From: Eledone cirrhosa
Taxonomy: Eukaryota
Direction of reading: 5' to 3'
DNA: 64,000 nucleotides
NCBI GenBank assembly: GCA_964016885.1
Contig: CAXHJY010001599.1
Location: 1 to 64,000 of the forward strand
Shown here: positions 46,886-61,039 of the stretch, in pieces
How the letters are laid out: each line of letters begins with the position of its first letter
Position numbering within the stretch: the first letter of the stretch is position 1
Notes under the pieces: generated by a model
The model's input: only the letters and a program-made list of their open reading frames with translations
What the model was told of the DNA's origin: nothing
Databases searched by the model: none
Made by a program: the position numbers and the translations under genes

Positions 46886-47593
46886 CATGCACTACTCAAC
46901 AGAATAGATGCCAAAATAGCACTAGATATAAGAAACCATCCCACATATCAAACATACACACCATACATACATACATACATACATACATGGTGGCTGCCAA
47001 CTCGTTTTCGAGTACGGCCACTACTTTATATCCATGTAGGAGAACCCCTACCGATGCGCTGAATGAGTGTGACTTTTTAGTCCAGCCAGCGACTTGAAAA
47101 CTCTGGTACAAACACTACACTTGTGACAATTATTGACACATAGTGCTGGGCCCATGGTACCATGTGACGACAAGTGCAGAGAGATCTCCAGATATAAAGC
47201 AATGCCTGTGTCATGAAGCTTTTATAGTGAGCAAAGGCACTGCACAAAGCCAGTCCCACTCTCTTAACCAAGATGATATTTACCAAAAAGAAGAACAAGT
47301 CAACATCATTGGATACCATCAGGGTTGCAGGTGTTATATCAGAGTTTTCCTTCTCCTAGAATTCTGCCTTAACAAAGGCTAAGGGGTCATCTCTCCCGGT
47401 GATTTTGGATGGCCATTGACTCTTAAGAGCTCCTTTGCTCCTTCACCCTCCTCACCAAAAAACCTTGGTGGGGTTGCCAGTTTAGTCGCCAACGACCCGA
47501 CTCAACAGAATAGATGCCAAAATAGCACTAGATGTAAGAAACCAACCCACATATCAAACATACATACCATACATACATACATACATACATACA

Positions 47594-47621
<28 letters not shown>

Positions 47622-47624
<3 letters not shown>

Positions 47625-50600
47625 GCATAATGGCGACCGTTGTGGTCAGTGTCCGATAATCGGACGTGTGTAATTACGGCTTACATGAAGGCAACATACC
47701 ATATATTGGAAAAAGTTGAGCTACATTACGCGGTAAGATTACATACAATAATTCTACATAAGTGTTTGAACTGTAAGTGTGTTGTAAAACACCTATTTAT
47801 ATGAACGATACATACATTTATGATATATGAACGATACATACACTTTAACATATAAATGGAACGTTGTTATATTACATTTATAAAGAAATATACAAGTAAG
47901 TTTTCGATTCAGAAACAAAAACATAAGTGTTTGAACTGTGAATATGTTGTGAATAAGTTGTAGAACACCTATTTATATGAATGATACATAAACTTTAACA
48001 TATAAATACAGCGTTGTTATATTATATTACATTCATAAAGAAATATACTAAGTAACGGTTCTTTTTGTTCTCGATTCAAACGATTCAAGAACAACGTTTA
48101 AAACACAGTTGTAGAATTAAAAACTAACTGAAAAGAAATATTACCCAAGCTGTGAATAACTTTAAATTTGATTCTGACAGAACTTTGTCGAAACTTTTAA
48201 AGAAGATCATCGACTATTTTGAAAAATAAATACGAAATATTAGTGAATAGACGAACTCATCATGGCAAAAAGTACAAGTCTCCTTCGACCAAATCGCAAC
48301 TACAACCGTTGCATACAGTGGAGCTACGAGCTTAACAAAGAATTATATGAAGCATACAAACAATCTGAACCCCAAAAGTTCGGTTTTATGCAAAGGCTAA
48401 AAACTTTATGGAACTCCAAACACCCAGAATTAGACTTTTCTCCAAAGCATTTAAATGAACAGGCAAAACGTATCATTAGATGTAAATTGATACATCTAAC
48501 GGAATTGAGTGATACTACAAATACAGCCCTTGTAGACAACGACCCCACCTCCACTGACAGACAAAGAGAATGGCCAGCTAAATCTAACAGTGAACAGCTC
48601 ACCAACAATTTTGCTGAAATCCATCCCACTTCCACTGAAGAACAGCGAGAAAGGTCAGCTAACTTTAGTAGTAATTGTCACCACATCAACAACGAGGCTG
48701 AAATTCATGACTCTACTGAATAAACAGAACACCAAAAACTTGTGGACACCTTACAAGTGATATGGAACGATATGTTTCAAGAGATACACAGCCTTAATGT
48801 GAGTGACAGACCATACAACACCAGAATCAGTAAAGAACCCACTAAATTGGAATTGGAAGCGGTGAACGAAATAGCTGGCAATTATCTGAAGGCTATACGA
48901 TCTAAAGGTGTAGAAACGACATTTGAAACACTTAATATTTTGTTATATGTTTCAGCTGTCACATTGCTATCATATAACACACATCTAAAACCACGCAATC
49001 AAGATACAAACAGAAAGCCTGAACCAGCGTGGATGCTAAATTTAAAAAACAAAATTTTGTCCCTGAGACGAAATATCTCACACATCGCAGTCGTTATGAA
49101 ATGCAACATAAAGAGCAACTTCACACGACACCAGGAAGACCTAAAAAAATAGTTAGGGAGACGATTTGGAGATACAAAATTTAAAACTTTGAACTCCAAA
49201 TTACACCAGTTGAAACAACAACTTACAGCTACAACAGAAAGACTAAAATATAAGTCAACAGCACATAAACGACAAGTGCTAAATAGATTGTTTGCCAGAG
49301 ATCCTAAATCAGTTTATCGCAGCTTCGGTGGCAAAAGCTCAATCCCTGTAAATGACACCCCTTCAAAAGAACAGGTTGAGGGCTACTGGAGATATGTATG
49401 GGAAACGGATGACGGATTCAACAGACAAACTAATTGGCTAAAAGAACTGGAACAGGACTACTGCCAACATGTCCAGACAAAACAATATGACATAGATGGG
49501 TCAATACTGGAAACAGCTCTACAGAAAATGTCGAATAGGAAATCGCCAGGCCCAGACCTCATTACAGGATACTGGTTGAAGAATTTCACTTTCTATCGGC
49601 AAGATCTCATACGGCTGTTTACAGAAACCATTAAAGGCACACAAGAACTGCCCAGATGGTTATCAACTGCCACTACTCTCCTCATTCCCCAAAATAGCCA
49701 AACCACCCTTGCTAAAAATTACCGCCCAATAGCCTGCCAAAACATCATGTATAAATTATATACTGGGTGCCTTAACCTGTTCTTACAGGATCACTGTGCT
49801 ACCAACAACATCATAACACCTGAGCAAGCTGGTGGAAAGAGGGAGGTGTGGGGTTGCATAGATCACCTACTAACTAATAAAATGATTCAGGAAAAAACCA
49901 CAAAGAATCGCAGAAACATGACTGTGGTGTGGCTGGACTATCAAAAAGCATTTGATAGTGTACCTCATGGGTGGATTATTAAGGCTTTACAGTTAGCCAA
50001 AGTCCCACAACCATTGATAGCTGATGTTGAACGCCTGACCAAGAACTGGTACACCAATTTGATCCTTAGAGGTGAGAAGGAGCAAGTTAAGACTGATAAG
50101 ATACATTACCAGAAGGGCATCTTTCAGGGTGATAGCTTGTCAGTGCTACTCTTCGTTCTCTCACTGAATCCACTATCTTACCTACTCAGGAAACAAGGTG
50201 GACAAAGAAGTGGGTCCAGAAGTATCTCCCATCTTTTCTTTGTTGATGACCTGAAGTTGTATGGGCCAAATATCAATGACATCAAGAAACAATTGGACCT
50301 CATTACACAATTTTCAACCGACATCAAAATGAAATTTGGTGAGTCCAAGTGTGCATATTTGGCAGTAAAACGTGGAAGAGCTGTGCCCTCCTCTAGAAAT
50401 CTAGAGATGAACGGCCTGACAATACAACCTCTACAGTCAGGTGACAACTACAGATATCTTGGACAGGATGAGAATGTCAGATATGATGGACCCATAAATA
50501 AGGAGAGAACCAGAACCGAATACCTCAGAAGAGTAAAGAAAATATGGTCATCAGAACTGTCAGCGTACAACAAATACATTGCCCACAATACTTATGCTGT

Positions 50601-51231
50601 GCCAATTCTAACGCCAACATTTGGCCTGCTGAACTGGTCATTGCAAGAACTAAGTGAGATGGATGTTAGAACTCGCAAACTTCTCAGTGTTACTGGGAAC
50701 TTTAACATCAATGGTGATGTGGATAGGCTATACTTCTCACGCAAGGAAGGTGGCCGGGGTCTAAAATCAATATTAACAACATATGAGACCCGGATAGTAA
50801 CACTGAAGCAACACCTTCAACAGAGGAAAAAGGTTGGCAACCATCTTGCCCAGGTTTATGAGCATGAAAAAAAATATATCATTAGAATAGCGACTGATCT
50901 GGAGGAGAGATATGGAATAATGCCTGATATAAATCTCTCACCCAGAGAAATCGGAAGATCCTATTCAATGTTCAAACAAGATTTAAAAAATTGACCAATT
51001 TACAGAAAAAGTTGTGCATGGATACTTGAGGCGTAAAACACAGACCATAGAGGGGATAAACCACTCAAAAAGCCTGGCATGGAGTTCCGACAAGTTTATG
51101 ACATCACACCTTGAGGGATATCTCTATGCAATACAGGAACAAAAACTCCCTACCAAATATCTGCTGCACAAAAGAGGAGGGCCAGCAGCTGACAATAAAT
51201 GTAGGCTATGTAAAACAAAGATCGAGGATGT
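47622..51231 (+). mobile_element. R4/Dong-clade non-LTR retrotransposon, near full length, broken ORF, 3'-truncated in the zinc knuckle
   Basis: ORF pieces span 48262-51231: NYRPIAC, EQAG, WLDYQKAFDSVPH, GIFQGDSLS, HLFFVDDLKLY, RLYFSRKEGGRGL, CRLC. Preceded by (TACA)n. Confidence 0.9.
49189..50994 (+). pseudogene. Reverse transcriptase domain of the R4/Dong element
   Basis: 601-codon open stretch with the RT motifs, bounded by in-frame stops and a frameshift. Confidence 0.9.
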
Positions 51232-51388
51232 AAAATATACTCAAAATTAAGAAAAAGAGATAATACATACATACATACATACATACATATTATCAGAGCC
51301 ATAAAGAAGCTGTCTTCTTCTTGGGCTACTATCCTAAAGTTAAAGACAGAGAAGGAGGACTCTATTTTCACTGATAAAATAAAATATC

Positions 51389-52298
51389 GCAGGAAATCAA
51401 CACGAAATACCTGGCTCACAAAAGAGATAGGGATTCAGGCAAAACACCTAGATGTGATAACAAGTGCAGACTCTGCAGAATTAACATTGAAGATGTCACC
51501 CATGTCATAAGCAGCTGTCCAAAGATGTCATCGTGGTACTATCTACCTACGAGGCATGATGTAGTGGCCAAAACACTGTACAATGCAATCCGTAGAAAAG
51601 ATAGCCCCGATAATAAATACATTAAAAGCTACAGCAATGTGGAAGACATACATATACATAATATGAAAGAGTACAGGTGGAATATTCCAGTAAAAACCCC
51701 AATAAAATGCAGGCATAACAGACCAGATATTATGATATTGGACAGGGAAAAGAAGGCATGTACAGTTGTGGGCGTTAGCTGTCCAGTAGATGCCAATATA
51801 ATATCAAAGATTAGCGAAAAGGAGAATATTTATGCAAAACTGATGAGAAATCTGCAGATAATCCACCCTGTTTATACCTTCAGATTTATACCTGTGATTA
51901 TTGCGACACTGGGATATGTTAGTAACTGCCTCAATACAAATCTTGAGAAGCTGGGCTTCACAGGAACAAAAAGAACACAACTAGTTAGGAAATTACAAGT
52001 ACAATCCATTAATGGAACAGTAAAAATATGTAAAACATTCCAAACATTTTGCATCTAATAACTGCATATACACATGTACAGATACTAAGCATATACACAT
52101 GCACACATACAACTCAAAACATACACATCCACACATAGAATAACATCCATATCTACAAATGCATGCATGCAGAGATGGATACATATCTACCTAGTTGATG
52201 TTGTGTAAATTCCAATGAGAGAGTCTTGTGTCTATGTTAGAAACCGACTCTCCCTCTATTGGCAAAAGATTTGTGAAATTATAAAACCAGAAGAAATA
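51389..52298 (+). mobile_element. Second, diverged R4/Dong 3' fragment (CCHC, restriction-like endonuclease and probable 3'UTR)
   Basis: QEINTKYLAHKRDRDSGKTPRCDNKCRLCRINIEDVTHVISSCP..RHD..HNRPDI..K..Y. Stop at 52058. Ends at (CA)n. Confidence 0.85.
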
Positions 52299-52314
52299 CA
52301 CACACACACACACA

Positions 52315-52367
<53 letters not shown>

Positions 52368-52634
52368 CTCGACTTCGAGCAGTGCCATCGCTTGACCCTC
52401 AACCATGAGCATCACAGACGTGACCCTTCAGTCCCGCCAGGACGCCTACACCAAGCTATGCCTATACCTGAAACTTTAAAGTGAAGAAAGGTTTTGCACG
52501 GGGCCAATCCCACTCTCTGAACATCGATTACAGTTACCCCCACACACACAGATATGTGTGTGTGTGTGTATATATATATATATAGAATTAGCCGTCGAAA
52601 CGGTTTGAGCTCAGCCGTCGGGGTCTTACTTGTT

Positions 52635-52696
<62 letters not shown>

Positions 52697-52798
52697 TAAC
52701 AGATTAAAGTTTAATAAATATTTGCACTAGGGTTCTTATATATTTGATATATATTTATCCTTATCGAGCCCTCTTTGGATTTTAGTCTTCAAATTTTT

Positions 52799-52842
<44 letters not shown>

Positions 52843-53415
52843 GTTTTATTTCCGTTCGCTGTCTTGTCCTCTGTTAATTTTCTTAAGTTTATATATATAT
52901 ATTCACTGTTTTGTATGCATGAATGTAATTGTATGTGTATGAATGTCGCTTTACATACACTGTGAACATATATGTACGCAAGTTTGATCGTTCATAGATA
53001 ATGTATGTAAGAGTAGTTTTATTTTCCTAGAAATTGCAAGCCCCCTAACAACGAAAGCATATCAATTATATCAATGAACAACAGAGGACGTCAATGAAAG
53101 ATGATATATACATACGTAGATACTCACATGCATAAACACATAGGTGTACGTTTCCAAGCACCAGTGCATATGTATTTATATTATATTTAGCAATTTGCAA
53201 TGTTAATTCGTGCCTGCATACACGTTTTAAACCCATTCTTACTGTCAGCCATTCACTTATACTATCTCTATCATAGTTTTCGTGCCTCATTTCCTCTGTC
53301 ACTCGTCCCCCTCTGTGTACATATTTTCTTACTTTCTCTCTTTTTCCTTTCTCTATAAATACGTATTCACAATTATACATTTATATATTTATTTGCATAC
53401 ATACATTCGTCTCTA

Positions 53416-53492
<77 letters not shown>

Positions 53493-53497
<5 letters not shown>

Positions 53498-53684
53498 AAC
53501 CAGTAAGACCCCGACAGCTGAGCTCAAGCCGTTTCGACGGCTAATTCAGTCCAGAATTAGCCGTCGAAACGGCTTGAGCTCAGCTGTCGGGGTCTTACTG
53601 GTTCCTATTACCCACTCTACTACCTCAAGTATTGAGTACTTTGGTGCGTTATGGTCCACCTGGTTCCTTACCACATTTCCTTCG

Positions 53685-53688
<4 letters not shown>
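53493..53688 (+). mobile_element. Family B fold-back copy; short-arm-only copy at 52584-52639
   Basis: Arms 53493-53547 / 53554-53608 plus an 80-bp extension. Confidence 0.8.
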
Positions 53689-53723
<35 letters not shown>

Positions 53724-53780
53724 TGTATATATATATATTTATATATATATTTATATATATTTATATATATATATATATAT

Positions 53781-54597
53781 ATAGTTTTGCGAGGTTTTTT
53801 ATATGAAATCGTGTGTCGAAACAAATATTGTTATACTTGGGGAGGGTCATATTTGTGTAATATTGCCAGAATTAATAACAGAACACACTCACTGTTTGGT
53901 TGGTTTTCGCTTTTCGCTTCTGTGTCTTTTATATCGGTAATCTAATTTATTCTGTCCTCAATGTTGCCATTGACTGACCGACGGTCAAAAATAATTGTTT
54001 CTACTTTAGGCACAAGGCCAGCAATTACCCAGTGCGTTACTGGTACTTTATTTCATCGACCCCGTAAGGATGAAAGGCAAAGTCAACCTCGGCGGGATTT
54101 GAACTCAGATCGTAAAGGGACGTAACTATGCTGTAAAGCATGGCGTCCGACCCTCTACCGATACTGCCAATCCACCGCCCTTAAAATCACCCGACGGTCA
54201 AAAATAATACAGATACAATATAGACACAAACACATATATATAGTTTATCAAAGTTCTTTCGTTGCACATCTGCAACATCGTCAGTGGTGCTATTGTTTCC
54301 TCCCGTTACATTGTATGTCTACGCCATTTTTATTTAGTCTGTCTATATATTTATTTATTTATTTGTTTGTTTGTTTATTTTATTTTGATAAACTATATAT
54401 ATGTGTTTGTGTCTATATTGTATCTGTATTATTTTTGACCTTCGGTCAGTCAATGGCAACATTGAGGACAGAATAAATTAGATTACCGATATAAAAGACA
54501 CAGAAGCGAAAAGCGAAAACCAACCAAACAGTGAGTGTGTTCTGTTATTAATTCTGGCAATATTACACAAATATGTCCCTCTCCAAGTATAACAATA
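53781..54597. mobile_element. Inverted pair of 3' repeats of the 1995-3330 PLE family, interrupted by a SINE (53996-54190, 18-bp TSD); hammerhead at 54247-54288 (-)
   Basis: 53781-54380 is the reverse complement of about 2945-3316, and 54384-54597 matches 3059-3274. TSD ccgacggtcaaaaataat at 53978-53995 and 54191-54208. Confidence 0.85.
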
Positions 54598-54629
54598 TAT
54601 ACATATATATATTTATATATATATATATT

Positions 54630-54850
<221 letters not shown>

Positions 54851-54860
54851 TTATATATAT

Positions 54861-55040
54861 ATAACGAAGGAAATGTGGTAAGGAACCAGGTGGACCATAA
54901 CGCACCAAAGTACTCAATACTTGAGGTAGTAGAGTGGGTAATAGGAACCAGTAAGACCCCGACAGCTGAGCTCAAGCCGTTTCGACGGCGAATTAGCCGT
55001 CGAAACGGCTTGAGCTCAGCTGTCGGGGTCTTACTGGTTC

Positions 55041-55044
<4 letters not shown>
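54861..55044 (-). mobile_element. Family B fold-back copy
   Basis: Near-identical to the reverse complement of 53493-53688. Confidence 0.8.
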
Positions 55045-55125
<81 letters not shown>

Positions 55126-56074
55126 TATATATATATATTGCTATCTGTCTGTCCATCTATCTATATATATAATTGTTTCATTTATTGGCCACAAGGGCCG
55201 ATATATATATATATATATATACACATACACACACTTCTCCGTATAAGACAAGAGCTGAAAAATATCTTTTAACATGTTAAAATATCCCCCACACACGTAC
55301 AGACACATTCCTACTGACCATCCCTCTACCACGAATTACTCTGCTACACACACACACACACACACTTGTCTTAATAGGCATTTGAACTGTCAACAGGCTG
55401 CGGTTCGCGCACACATCCCTGCTGACCGTTATCACAACAACGAACCTCTTTACTACTACTACTACTACTACACACACACACGCACATATTTGTCTTGAAA
55501 GACTTAGTTTTCAGTGACTTCTCAATCAGCCGAGACAAACCTAGATTTGGCGCAAAATCAATTTTTAACATTCACATGACCTCTACCGACCAATCAAAAT
55601 TGTTTTGACCACAAGAATTTTTTCATACATCTGGAGCCACTTTTTTTTACATAAAACAGGTAGAATTTCCAAAACTAATCAGATTAGAGCAAACATCACG
55701 GGCGCTCTATCTCAAAATTATTTTTGAAAAGCATTAGAAATGCGCAACAGGTAAAACTTAAAACCAAAACTGAATACTAACCAATACAATTACTAATTTT
55801 TACTTATTCCTAGTTAAACTATTTTTCACTGGGAACAATTTGTCAGCATTTTCTTTTCCTTTGACCAATATATATATATATATATAATTGTTTCTACTTT
55901 AGGCACAAGGCCAGCAATTATCCCAGTGTATTACTGGTACTTTATTTTATCGACCACGTAAGGATGAAAGGCAAAGTTAACCTCAGCGGGATTTGAACTC
56001 AGACCATAAAGGGACGTAACTCTATGCTAGAAAGCATGGCGTCCAACCCTCTACCGATACTGCCAATTCACCGC

Positions 56075-56285
<211 letters not shown>

Positions 56286-56920
56286 CCTTTACCCTGACTA
56301 AAAAGTAGACATTATTTTCTTTTGAAACTGTATCAATCTTACCCGCCTCTATAATCCGCAGCTCGGCGGAGCCTTTAAAATGCTAGTAGAAAATGAATAC
56401 GATATATATATATATACACGCGTGTGTATGTGTGTCTATGGAGTGTGTGTAAGTATGTGTGTGTGGTGTGTACATGCACAGAGAAAGAGAGGGGGAAGGA
56501 ATGTGAAGGACAAAAAAGTGATAGGTCATTCACATAACTTGGTACACTGAATATTGTCACAGAGAATCATTTCTTCTTTACTACATGTTTTTTCTTCTTT
56601 CTCCCTCTTCGCTTCTTTTCTTCTTGATAATTTTCTCCCACACATGTATCCCCCTTCTTCTGCTGTACTCTTACGATATTTGCTTTTGATTTAATAACTC
56701 TTTAGCTTCTGTGCATCTTGTTTTCATTCTGTTTTCTTTCTCACAGAATTACATCATTTTATAGCAACTTTTACGTCATTCGCGTCACATGGTTGTTTTT
56801 TTCTCCTACTGCTTTCGTCTCATACATGTAGAATAGTTTATTTCTTTTTGTTGTCAGATTGAGAAGTACTTGTTGTTGGATATAGCGTGGATGTTCGAAT
56901 CCGGTTAGAGTTCTGTATTT

Positions 56921-57905
56921 TACGAGGGTTGGCTAAATATGAAGGAGTGATGCTAGGGTTCTGAAATCTTACATGCATTAATTTCAACTCTTCTTATTAA
57001 TAACTACATTGTTTCGTTCCGGGTAACCTGATGTATAACTGTTCAAAGAAAACTTCAAAAGTAACTAGTAACGACGTCTCTTGAAAATGGATAAAATTTG
57101 GCATCGTGATGTTATCAATTACCCTCAGAAAAAGAGTTTAGCTTGCCTCCAAAAACGTCCATGCTGACATGGTTGTTACATTAGAGGATGACGCTCCAGC
57201 TTTATCAACAGTGCAAAAGTGGGTGGCTGAGTTTAGAAGGAGTAGGGAGTGTCCTGAAGATGACCCCAGGTCTGGACGTCCTGTAACTGCCACCTCCGTG
57301 GAAAATATTGATTGTGTTCACCACTTAGTGATGGATGACAGGCGATTGACTAATAAATCAAATAGCCAATGCCATTAGCATATCCGGTGAGAGTGATGAG
57401 AATATTCTGCACAATGAACTTGGCATGACGAAGGTTTCTGCTCGGTGACTATCACGTCTTCTGACACCTGATTAGGTTGATCATATCACGGGAAGATCTG
57501 ACATTGTTTGAGGTAGATGCGGCTGGTTTCCTTGAACGTTTTCAAACCCAGGCAGTGTTGGATTTATCACATTGATCCAGAGACAAAGAAACAATCCATA
57601 CAGTGGAAACACCCTCCTCGTCTGCTCCAAAGAAAGCCAAGGTTGTTTCATGTGCAGAGAAGGTATTGGCCTCAATTTTGAGGAATGGAAACGGTATTGT
57701 GTATATTAACTATCTTCAAATGGGCCACACCAACAATATGACAACTATGATAACCTGCTGAAGCAGTTACGAAATGTTATTAAGACCAAACGCTCAGGAA
57801 AACTGACAAAAGGAGTCTTGTTTCATCCGGACACATCTCCTTGGTTTCAATGGCTGCTGTACTAGAGTGTGACTTTTTTTTATCACTCTCCCTATTCTCT
57901 AGTCT
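56921..57905 (+). mobile_element. Decayed mariner transposon
   Basis: TA-CGAGGGTTGGCT end; APALSTVQKWVAEFRR..EDDPRSGRP..DDRRLT, ILHNELGMTKVSAR, DPETKKQSIQWKH, HSPYS; many frameshifts. Confidence 0.85.
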
Positions 57906-58207
57906 AGGAGAAGCTGATAATGATTATAAACACTGCCCTTCCTGCCCTGATTGAACTGTAAAATGTAAAGCATTCAGTGAAATTTTGAATCAAATTAATA
58001 ATTAGTTTTTATGAAAGGTTGTATGTATAAACCTTTAATATAACACATAGAGTGAATGTTCAAATCTAGATAAGGTTAAGTATTGGTGTTTCACTTTACT
58101 AATTCTTATGGACGCACATTTCGATATACCCATATCTTATTGGAACAACTCATAGACATATTTATATTATCAGTGAACTTAAGTCAACATTAGTATATTC
58201 AAATTAT

Positions 58208-58684
58208 GTTTATTTTTCAACGTATGCTCCATTTAGGTCAATACACTTCTGCAAGCGTTCATACCAGCCTTTAAGTTCATCTGTGTAAAACTGAGTGTCA
58301 TGCGATTTAAACCATGTCAAAGCAGCTTTTTTTTACATCATCAACTGGAGATCATCTTCAATCTCATCTCTTCCACTTCTAAAACGACTTATCCATTTAT
58401 AGGTTGTTGATTTCTTTGGGACACTGCCTCCATAAACTTGTTCCAGAGTGTCAATGATGTGGCTGCTCTTATGCCCAAGCTTCACCATGAATTTGATGTT
58501 TTGATGGAGACCATGTTGCTCGAGCAAGTGGTGACTTCCGATTGGCATCACTGTGTTGTAACATGCATTTAAGGGTTCATGTTATGACACATTGGCATGA
58601 GAACGGACAGGTGCATTGAGATCAAAATCCCTGCATATGATTATTAGTTATATACTTTTTCCACGAACATTTTGGAGCCCCTTC

Positions 58685-58687
<3 letters not shown>
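58208..58687 (-). mobile_element. Internally deleted Hsmar2-like (irritans subfamily) mariner
   Basis: TIR TACGAAGGGGCTCCAAAATGTTCGTGGAAAA. N-terminus NIKFMVKLG..VYG..PKKS..YKWISRF is fused to C-terminus KKAALTWF..GWYERLQKCIDLNGAYVEK*. Confidence 0.85.
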
Positions 58688-58753
<66 letters not shown>

Positions 58754-58772
58754 TAGAAGGGCTATTTAATTG

Positions 58773-58836
58773 TATTTTATCTGATGAAAGCGTACCAATG
58801 TTGTCTTGGTATCCTTGAAATATATATAATAAAATA
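58773..58836 (+). ncRNA. Family C hammerhead ribozyme
   Basis: TATTTTAT-CTGATGA-AAGcGTACCAA..TTGGTATcCTT-GAAA-TATATA-TA-ATAAAATA. Confidence 0.8.
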
Positions 58837-58875
58837 AATATGGTTTTATAAATATAGTTTCCATTTATTTAACAT

Positions 58876-58917
<42 letters not shown>

Positions 58918-60194
58918 TGCAAGCGAAATAAGACGACCTCGCAAGCGAAATAAGACGACCTCATCAACCTACTTTAGCCAAAACAGGTGCCATTGATGAC
59001 AACTTAGTGAGAGAACCTCCCGGGAAGGCAGAGAAATACGCAAACCCAAATATTTACAGGAGTACTACGTGGACTAGCAGGTCTTTTTGCCAGAAGAGAA
59101 GACTGTCGTGTATTTGTTCTCATACAGTATTGTCAGTTCTTGTGAGATTCGCTCGCGAAACAATATCGCATTGTTAAAGATTGAACAAAAGCTTTTACTA
59201 TCGCAATCTATCGAGTCGTTTACGCGTTAACAATGGACGATTCGATAGAAAACCACTTGATTCCAGATGAAATGAAATAGTAATATCATCAGCAAATACT
59301 TTGGGAAAGAAGCCAGTTTCTAGTCAATGTAATGTTTGGGGAATTCATAATAAACTAGCGACTCTATGAGAATTTGTTTTGATACTAGTATTTACAAAGC
59401 AGAAACAGATTTTAAAAAATTACAACATTGTGTTTATTGAATTGTTCCTATAAAATCAATAAAGCAACAACAGGAACGACGAATCAAATATGTGGACATA
59501 AGCAAAGAAACATTCAAAATAGATGCCTTACATATTACATTAATTGAGAAGAAATTACTGAAAATTATAACACATTTCGTTTACATAACTAATTTGAAAA
59601 GATTTGTTCATTTGTATTAAACATTTGATCAGTTCGAAAAATTTTTTTTTCCTTTTTTGATTTGAATCTCAATTTTTACCCATTCTTTCTTTTAAAAAAC
59701 TGACAATGATGAGGAGGATGAGGAGGAGAAGGAGGAGAAAGCAAAGGCGAATAGAAAAATGGCGGTGATGGTTATTCACAGTTAAACTAGCCGAGTCAAC
59801 TAGTAAAAAGATTTCAGTTTTAACCGTCTTTATTTGCTATTAATAAACAAATCGATTATTTGTAATGTCCACATTCTACAACATAATGGCTGCGAAAGAT
59901 GCGATTAAAAAGGATTTTCCGATAACAAAATGTCGAAGTTTGTTGTCTTCGTAAATGATTAATTTATCTAGTAATCAGCTGAGTAAGTAATAATATATTC
60001 GGCCACATATATTGTGATGGATGGAACGTTATCAAAACACACAGACACTACAATAACATTCTAATAACTGACGCCAACGTTCTCTTGCTGGATTTTGTAA
60101 TCTTTTACATCAGCTCGTTCTTTTGTCGAATCCTAATTATTTATACTGAGACATTTATGAATCACAAGTGTACCCAAAGTCGGTGACGGCAGGT

Positions 60195-60372
60195 TGATGT
60201 TGTGGTTGTCGTGGTTGTTGCTGCCGTTGTCGTCGTTGTTGCTGCCGTTGTCGTCGTTGTTGCTGCCGTTGTTGTCGTTGTTGCTGCCGTTGTTGTCGTT
60301 GTTGCTGTCGTTGTCGTGGTTGTAGTTGTCGTTGTCGTTGTCGTGGTTGTTGTTGTCCTCGTTGTAGTTGTT
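60195..60372. repeat. (GTT/GTC/GCT) trinucleotide-derived repeat
   Basis: Direct reading. Confidence 0.9.
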
Positions 60373-61039
60373 TCGTCATAGATCAAGCTGAATAGACAAA
60401 ACCAATCATCAAAGACATTCCAGCTGTGGCAATCCCATCGTCTGCCTTTTTTATTTATTTTTTTATTTAATGTTTTCAGATAGCATGTATCTATGACAAC
60501 AATATTCATTGTAGCTTTTCTTTTCTAAGACGATAAGGTGTTAATTGAGGGCAATTTGGCTACTATTACGAATAGTTCGAACAATCATATCATATATAAG
60601 CGCTTCGTTGACTTGTAAATAGATTGATTCCCTTGCTAACCCGAAAAACCTCCCTTGTTGATAGGTTTTATAACAAGGTATGTTGTGAAGTAATGCTACT
60701 GAGAAACTTGATCTCCAGCTTTTAACTTCATCATGTATACATTTCTACTAATAGAACGTTGCGGCAATGTTGCGGCTTTGTGCCTAAATCAAAAAACATT
60801 TTAATCGACTTTCCCCTCCCCCAAAATTGTTGCCCTTGTGCCTAAATCAGAAACCATTATTGGCAGTATCAGTAGAGGGTCGGATGCTATGCTTTGCAGC
60901 AAAGAGTTACGGCCCTTTATGGTCTGAGTTCAAATCCCGCCGAGGTTAACTTTGCCTGTCATCCTTACGGGGTCGATAAAATAAAGTACCAGTAATACAC
61001 TGGGATAATTGCTGGCCTTGTGCGAAAAGTAGAAACAAT

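Noticed and set aside
47320-47500. Minus-strand segment resembling an RTE 5'UTR or the 3' half of an HDV-like ribozyme (gtcg ttgg cgac taa)
   Set aside because: P1 and P3 partners are not present; too incomplete to call.
53609-53688. Family B extension as a hairpin, pistol or twister ribozyme
   Set aside because: A small conserved GTAC-nnnn-GTGC hairpin exists, but the conserved cores of those classes are absent.
60155-60379. Poly-Q/R ORF
   Set aside because: Simple trinucleotide-derived repeat without splice or domain support.
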